DNA from: Patescibacteria group bacterium
Lineage (GTDB): Bacteria; Patescibacteriota; Minisyncoccia; Phycocordibacterales; JAKAEA01
NCBI GenBank assembly: GCA_040387855.1
Contig: JAZKCY010000001.1
Coordinates: 632,793-696,792 of the forward strand
Direction: 5' to 3'
Length of the DNA stretch: 64,000 bases
Shown here piece by piece: positions 59,247-64,000 of this stretch (position 1 is its first letter; each line of letters opens with the position of its first letter). The translations under genes were made by a program, and so were the position numbers. The notes under the pieces were generated by a model, which was not told the origin of the DNA, searched no databases, and saw only the letters and a list, made by a program, of their open reading frames with translations.

Positions 59247-59573
59247 TTATGATATTGGAAAGTCCAACTGTTCCTCAGGTATACCTATTGATTTACCGTA
59301 CTCCACAGCATCACTCCATGTAGACTTATCTGAATACTTTATCCAGAATATTTTGTTCTTATAGATAACGCAGACATCATCTTTTCCCTCTTCCCATGCG
59401 TGAACATACCATGGACCTTCAACAAGACTTTTTGAGATTAGTTCTATCTGTTCTTTTTCAATAAGAACATCATGTAATATCCATGAACCGGCTCTTCGAG
59501 TATTCAGAATGTTTACGGAGTCTAAAAAAGATTTATCAGTCAAACTGCTTTCTATGATTGAGGATTTAAACAT
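59247..59573 (-). CDS. Hypothetical protein
   Basis: IIESSL, WYVH, YGKSIGIPEEQLDF. Confidence 0.75.
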   Translation of the reverse strand: MFKSSIIESSLTDKSFLDSVNILNTRRAGSWILHDVLIEKEQIELISKSLVEGPWYVHAWEEGKDDVCVIYKNKIFWIKYSDKSTWSDAVEYGKSIGIPEEQLDFPIS

Positions 59574-59586
59574 ATTTGGATTTTAT

Positions 59587-60648
59587 CTAACCTAAAAACT
59601 CAACTTCAAAAACATGATGACTATAAGGGTAACCTGAGTCATTTTTTATGAATCCTGTATTTACAACACTAATCTTTGCTTTCATGTAACTCAATGCTTT
59701 TCTTACAATATACAGACCAATACCTGATCCATTTTTACTTATTTCGCTTTTAATACCATTTTTTATATTTCTTCCTTGTCTATTTTCTAGAAATATAATT
59801 TCTTCTTCATCTTTTTCAATTGAGACACTGTCCATTGAAATTGATATTTTCTTTTGTTTCAATGCTAAATCTCCAGAAATATCTATTGTAGTATCATTTA
59901 ACACATACTTACATGCATTATCGAGGATCTGCCAAATCGCAGCATTAAACAAACTATGAACAATATTTATTTTATTTCGATCGCTGTTTTGAAGATTTAT
60001 TCTAATATCAACATTCTTTTTTTTAAGTTCATCAATAAAAGGATTGGTTAAACGATACAATGCTCTTTCGATATTTGTAGGCAATAATGTGCCAGTATTA
60101 TCAGCATATCCTCCAATGATTCTAAGTGTTTCAATTTGTGCATCTAAATCAATTGCTCTATGTGACATCTGGCATACATCATCTGCAGCTGCACTTGTAT
60201 TTTCCTCGATTCTTCGTTTAACTTCTCTAGTAAATTCAGCATAGGGTCTAGCTCTTGCCTTATCAGAAATTAAACGTACAAAATTATTTTTGAATCTATT
60301 TTGAAACTTTATTAAATTATGTGAAAATCTCCTAATAATTGCGTCAAATGATTGTCTTTGACCAACTTCAATTTCCTTAAATTTTGGAATTAAACTTAAA
60401 TAAATACTACAAGCTCTTTGGATTGCTTTACTGCCTTGAAATAAGTCAGCATTCTCATCAACTATTAGCTGAATTGAACCATTTGCATTTTCTCTAAAAG
60501 CATTTTTTAAACCTTTCTGAGAAAAATTTTCTCGATTGTTTTTACTAAAAATATCAGGCAAAAGATCTAACTGACCGTGTCTTGCCACAATATTTCCTTT
60601 AAAATTTCGTAACTCATAAAAAATAATTCCTTCACTATTTTGATTCAT
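59587..60648 (-). CDS. Atypical cytoplasmic histidine kinase / HATPase_c protein
   Basis: FSHNL (possible H-box), ILDNACKY, GSGIGLYIV. Confidence 0.8.
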   Translation of the reverse strand: MNQNSEGIIFYELRNFKGNIVARHGQLDLLPDIFSKNNRENFSQKGLKNAFRENANGSIQLIVDENADLFQGSKAIQRACSIYLSLIPKFKEIEVGQRQSFDAIIRRFSHNLIKFQNRFKNNFVRLISDKARARPYAEFTREVKRRIEENTSAAADDVCQMSHRAIDLDAQIETLRIIGGYADNTGTLLPTNIERALYRLTNPFIDELKKKNVDIRINLQNSDRNKINIVHSLFNAAIWQILDNACKYVLNDTTIDISGDLALKQKKISISMDSVSIEKDEEEIIFLENRQGRNIKNGIKSEISKNGSGIGLYIVRKALSYMKAKISVVNTGFIKNDSGYPYSHHVFEVEFLG

Positions 60649-61141
60649 ATTTTTTTATAGCTGCTACCTCAATTTGGTCAATATAAACATACGGATCTGA
60701 ATGTTTGTCAATCCATGCATTCGCGAATGAATGAAATTCATGTCCTGGAATATAACCAGCATGCCCAGAATAAAATATGAGAAATTTTTCTGGATATCTG
60801 CTCTTTATTTTTTTTAGCAAACCGATTCCCTCTTCTGATGGGGTTAGGATTTTACCCACTCCGATGTAATCCATAAATATGATGTCAGCATTTTTTATAT
60901 CTTCTGAATCAAAATTAGTCACATCTTTTATTTGCTGAACATTCCATCCTGCACCTCTAATAATATTCAATCTCGTAGAAAAATCTTCATCATCAACAAA
61001 TAATACCTTTGTTGAACGTTTGATTTCTTCAATTGATGGTATCTTTTTTTTAGTTAAAACTTTTTTTAACCAATTTCCAGTTTTGTCCATTCCTACACCA
61101 ATAAATACTCCCGCCAGCTTTGTAGCTGCAATTTCCCACAT
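60635..61141 (-). CDS. Receiver-domain protein with N-terminal extension
   Basis: LFVDDE, IFMDY, FYSG, IDK. Confidence 0.8.
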   Translation of the reverse strand: MWEIAATKLAGVFIGVGMDKTGNWLKKVLTKKKIPSIEEIKRSTKVLFVDDEDFSTRLNIIRGAGWNVQQIKDVTNFDSEDIKNADIIFMDYIGVGKILTPSEEGIGLLKKIKSRYPEKFLIFYSGHAGYIPGHEFHSFANAWIDKHSDPYVYIDQIEVAAIKKYESK

Positions 61142-61171
61142 GGTGATTTATATTATTCTATTCTTACTATG

Positions 61172-61242
61172 CTGCGGGACTAGGACTCGAACCTAGATAC
61201 TCAGGACCAAAACCTGATGTCCTACCATTAGACGATCCCGCA
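61172..61242 (-). tRNA. trnQ: tRNA-Gln (TTG), CCA not encoded
   Basis: TGCGGGA/TCCCGCA acceptor stem, D-loop TAATGG, TCAGG-TTTTGGT-CCTGA anticodon arm, GTTCGAG T-loop. Confidence 0.96.
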
Positions 61243-61247
61243 ATCTT

Positions 61248-61290
61248 GTCCCGCAAAGTCCTGCACCATAGGTGTAGGACGAAGTGGGAT
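61248..61290. repeat. REP-like GC-rich hairpin
   Basis: GTCCCGC-aaa-GTCCTGCACC-ata-GGTGTAGGAC-gaa-GTGGGAT. Confidence 0.6.
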
Positions 61291-61344
61291 GTGTTCCAAA
61301 GATACTACAGTTTATGCCTTATTTCAATAGACAAACTGTGCTAT

Positions 61345-61375
61345 TGTAATATTACGAAGAATCTAGCGTATATAT
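61345..61375 (+). promoter_or_regulatory. Putative autoregulatory ECF promoter
   Basis: TGTAAT-N16-CGTATATAT directly before ATG 61378. Confidence 0.65.
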
Positions 61376-61377
61376 CA

Positions 61378-61941
61378 ATGGAATTCCTATATACCAACAA
61401 AAAGATCAACAGCCTTGCTGCAGCCTTCAAAGATGGTGACCAACGAGCTGCTGAGAAGCTTTTCAACTATTTCTACCCCGCTATCTTTAGATACATCCGC
61501 TCCCGCCTTACCGACAAGGAAGCAACAGCAGATGTAGCTCAAGATGTCTTTCTGAAACTGGCAAAATCGATTGTTCTCTATGACGCAGCTAAAGGAAATT
61601 TTAGTACATGGTTTTGGCAAATTGCCCGCAACACCTTTACCGATCATTTGAGATCATTGCAGCGAGATCATTCACAGAGTGAGACTCAGCTTGATATTGC
61701 TCTCGATAGTATGGAAGCAAGTTTGGACAATACCGAAAGTGTGAGAGAACGAATGACCGAAGTAAAAGAAATCATTCAAGAGTTTTCGGAAGAAGATCAA
61801 GAACTATTTAGACTTCGGTATATCGCCGAATTATCGTTTGAAGAAATTGCTGAGCTCACTGATAGGACCGAGAATGCACTGAGAGTTTCACTCCATCGAA
61901 TCCGCGAAAAAATCAAAAAAGAATATGATAAAAAAGATTAA
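61378..61941 (+). CDS. ECF-type RNA polymerase sigma factor
   Basis: DVAQDVF, FSTWFWQIARN region 2; LSFEEIAEL...RVSLHR region 4. Confidence 0.93.
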   Translation: MEFLYTNKKINSLAAAFKDGDQRAAEKLFNYFYPAIFRYIRSRLTDKEATADVAQDVFLKLAKSIVLYDAAKGNFSTWFWQIARNTFTDHLRSLQRDHSQSETQLDIALDSMEASLDNTESVRERMTEVKEIIQEFSEEDQELFRLRYIAELSFEEIAELTDRTENALRVSLHRIREKIKKEYDKKD

Positions 61942-62803
61942 CAACTACATACAGGATCGAAAGATCACCCGCCGCGCAAAGCGAGATTTAAACCCTTCGA
62001 AAGAGGCGATGAATCATGCGCGATTGGCGTTTATGGGCGAAGTTACCGAGCGCTTCCCTTTTGCTATGAAGTCTACACCTAAAGCGACACATCACTATGC
62101 CCGCTTTGCTATTGCTGGAGTTGTTGCAATTCTTCTCATAAACAGTGGAGCTGTGATGTATGCTGATACTACTAATGTAGATGCAGAACATCCGCTCTAC
62201 TCATTTAAGCTTGTTGCTGAGAAAGTGCAGGTTCTTGCTTCATCTGAAGAAAAACGTGCAGAGCTTGAATTGAAATTTGCTGAGCGACGAATGGTTGAAA
62301 TTGAAGTTGAAGAACAATATACCGAAATGCCACAAGAGGCACGAGAGAAAAAGAAGATAATGCTTCAGGCACAGCTTGAAAAGCATATGGTAAATGCCGA
62401 GCGATTTATTGCTATGAAGCAAGCAAAGCGAGGTAATGTTGGAATTGCAGCTACTTCTACTATTTCAGTTACTGCTACATCTACCCATTCGACTTCCTCG
62501 ACTGCGCTCGCAACAAGCACCTCAGGGCAAGCTGCAACTTCTACTTTAAAGTCAGAGATTAAAACTCTTATTAAAGAAATAAAAGAAACTTCTAAAGAAC
62601 AAAAAGAAGATATTAAAGAAAAGCGAGAAGCAGCTAAAGATGCTTTGAAAGCAAGTACGTCTACATCAATTACTGCTGAAGTAAAAACATCTGAGTGTAA
62701 AAAGTTTGAAGATGTGGAAAAGCAAATTAATAAGCTTTCTACTCGAAAAAGCCTTCAGATCAATACAAAACTCGACAATATTATCAAATACTGTCAAGAC
62801 TAA
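61925..62803 (+). CDS. Putative anti-sigma factor, DUF5667 domain
   Basis: Overlaps sigma stop; single TM; PLYSFKLVAE...AERRMVE. Confidence 0.8.
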   Translation: MIKKINNYIQDRKITRRAKRDLNPSKEAMNHARLAFMGEVTERFPFAMKSTPKATHHYARFAIAGVVAILLINSGAVMYADTTNVDAEHPLYSFKLVAEKVQVLASSEEKRAELELKFAERRMVEIEVEEQYTEMPQEAREKKKIMLQAQLEKHMVNAERFIAMKQAKRGNVGIAATSTISVTATSTHSTSSTALATSTSGQAATSTLKSEIKTLIKEIKETSKEQKEDIKEKREAAKDALKASTSTSITAEVKTSECKKFEDVEKQINKLSTRKSLQINTKLDNIIKYCQD

Positions 62804-62888
62804 TACTCCCTGAGTCTGCTACGTATATATAAGCAGAGATCACATGGTCTCTTCACATCAGTCACGATTATCTTTAACTTATATACGT

Positions 62889-63581
62889 ATGAAAAATTCA
62901 GCTAAAATTGGTTCAGTACTCGCGCTTACCGTTGTTCTTCTTACAGGAAGTTCAGCATATGCACACACAGGAACTACAACTCCAAAAACAGGGACTGCGA
63001 AGTTCTTCTCAAAGTTACATATCAACGGTCTTGGTAAAACAAACATCGTTGGATCGGTAACTGCCGTATCTGCAACTGGATTTACTGTAGCTTCACAAGG
63101 AGGCTCATGGACTATTAAGACTGATTCTAATACTCACTTCACTGTAAAGAATGGAGCAAACCAAGTGAAAGTTGGTGATACCGTGATGGTATATGGAACT
63201 GTTTCAACAACAGAGACTATGACTATCGTTGCTTCAAAAATTGAAAACAAGACACTCAAGACAACGATGAAACTCGAAAAGAAAGCTGCCCACGAAAACA
63301 AAAAAGAAATTAAGCAGAGTCTTAAAGAATTGAAAAAGCATATGTTATCACTATTTAGCTTCGGTACGGTGCAAAGTGTCGGAACTAATTCCCTCACCCT
63401 CAAGTCTCAGAATGGTGCAACATATGATATAAAAACTTCATCAACAACAGAGACATATAAAAAAGATTGGACTGCAACTTCAACCTCAGCAATCAAAGCA
63501 AATCATCAGATTCACGTGTACGGAACAAAGACAGGAACGACAACAATCGATGCGTCTATCATTCACGACTTATCTCTCTAA
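62889..63581 (+). CDS. Secreted DUF5666 (OB-fold repeat) protein
   Basis: Signal peptide; two G.V..V....FTV...T...KVGD.V.VYG repeats. Confidence 0.85.
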   Translation: MKNSAKIGSVLALTVVLLTGSSAYAHTGTTTPKTGTAKFFSKLHINGLGKTNIVGSVTAVSATGFTVASQGGSWTIKTDSNTHFTVKNGANQVKVGDTVMVYGTVSTTETMTIVASKIENKTLKTTMKLEKKAAHENKKEIKQSLKELKKHMLSLFSFGTVQSVGTNSLTLKSQNGATYDIKTSSTTETYKKDWTATSTSAIKANHQIHVYGTKTGTTTIDASIIHDLSL

Positions 63582-63599
63582 GTATCTCTCATACGTAAA

Positions 63600-63637
63600 A
63601 TACAAAAAGCCCTGAGTTAAATCAGGGCTTTTTGTAT
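63600..63637. terminator. Bidirectional terminator
   Basis: ATACAAAAAGCCCTGA-N6-TCAGGGCTTTTTGTAT. Confidence 0.88.
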
Positions 63638-63654
63638 GGCTTATATATAAGATG

Positions 63655-64000
63655 TTATGCCGTGCTTAGTGAAATGAGAGCAAGTTCAAATGGCAATTCA
63701 CTTATTGGAGAGAACCGAGCAAGATCCTGAGCTTTCAAAAATTCTAATACTGCTTTTGAGGTAATGCCTGTATCTTTCTTTGCAGCGAGGACTTTCATCC
63801 AACTAAAATCTTCTCCTGAAAATTCATCTTCTATCATTTTGTCCATGTCTGGACTGTACTTGAGCAATAAAATAGATCGGAGTTTGTGGAGCACAAGCTT
63901 TGAGAAAATAGCCATGTCTACATTTTGATCCACTGCAGATCTCAAAGCTTTCAATCCAGATGAAGCATCTTTTGTATCTATAGCTGCTACCACATCATTA
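63655..64000 (-). CDS. dnaX: DNA polymerase III gamma/tau, C-terminal part (5'-truncated)
   Basis: Helical domain III pattern ending RFSPISELPFELAL. Confidence 0.7.
   Translation of the reverse strand, partial: NDVVAAIDTKDASSGLKALRSAVDQNVDMAIFSKLVLHKLRSILLLKYSPDMDKMIEDEFSGEDFSWMKVLAAKKDTGITSKAVLEFLKAQDLARFSPISELPFELALISLSTA

Noticed and set aside
56547-61242. Integrative element or prophage at tRNA-Gln
   Set aside because: No integrase or phage genes, and I found no duplicate of the tRNA 3' end by eye; kept only as a possible island.
1-64000. Alternative genetic code (UGA=Gly, code 25)
   Set aside because: Conserved proteins are full length under code 11 and TGA ends genes (e.g. 13135, 32739).

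Overview
AT-rich (about 35% GC by spot counts), gene-dense chromosomal window with most genes on the minus strand and genetic code 11. Gene content points to a Patescibacteria/CPR (Parcubacteria-like) bacterium; this is an inference from many prepilin-type proteins, DUF5667/DUF5666 next to an ECF sigma factor, CPR-style single-domain receivers, a VPYTG-tailed surface protein and no biosynthetic pathways. Contents: a receiver/PilB/split-sensor/kinase/receiver operon, an RRM-DEAD-box-Zn-ribbon cluster, four PAS histidine kinases (one with a LOV domain), transporters, pilins, stress and housecleaning enzymes, an AT-rich region beside tRNA-Gln with a MazG-like + GIY-YIG/DUF2075 pair, an ECF sigma locus and the 3' end of dnaX. 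The most notable signals are at DNA level. (1) Most native genes look leaderless (-10 box 6 nt before the start codon). (2) Six scattered GC-rich single-gene units show the opposite design (leader, Shine-Dalgarno, own terminator). (3) A four-segment uORF attenuator precedes an ABC exporter. (4) A recurring TGTAAN-N16-CGT(C/A) motif suggests an ECF regulon. No CRISPR array, transposase, integrase or rRNA was seen.
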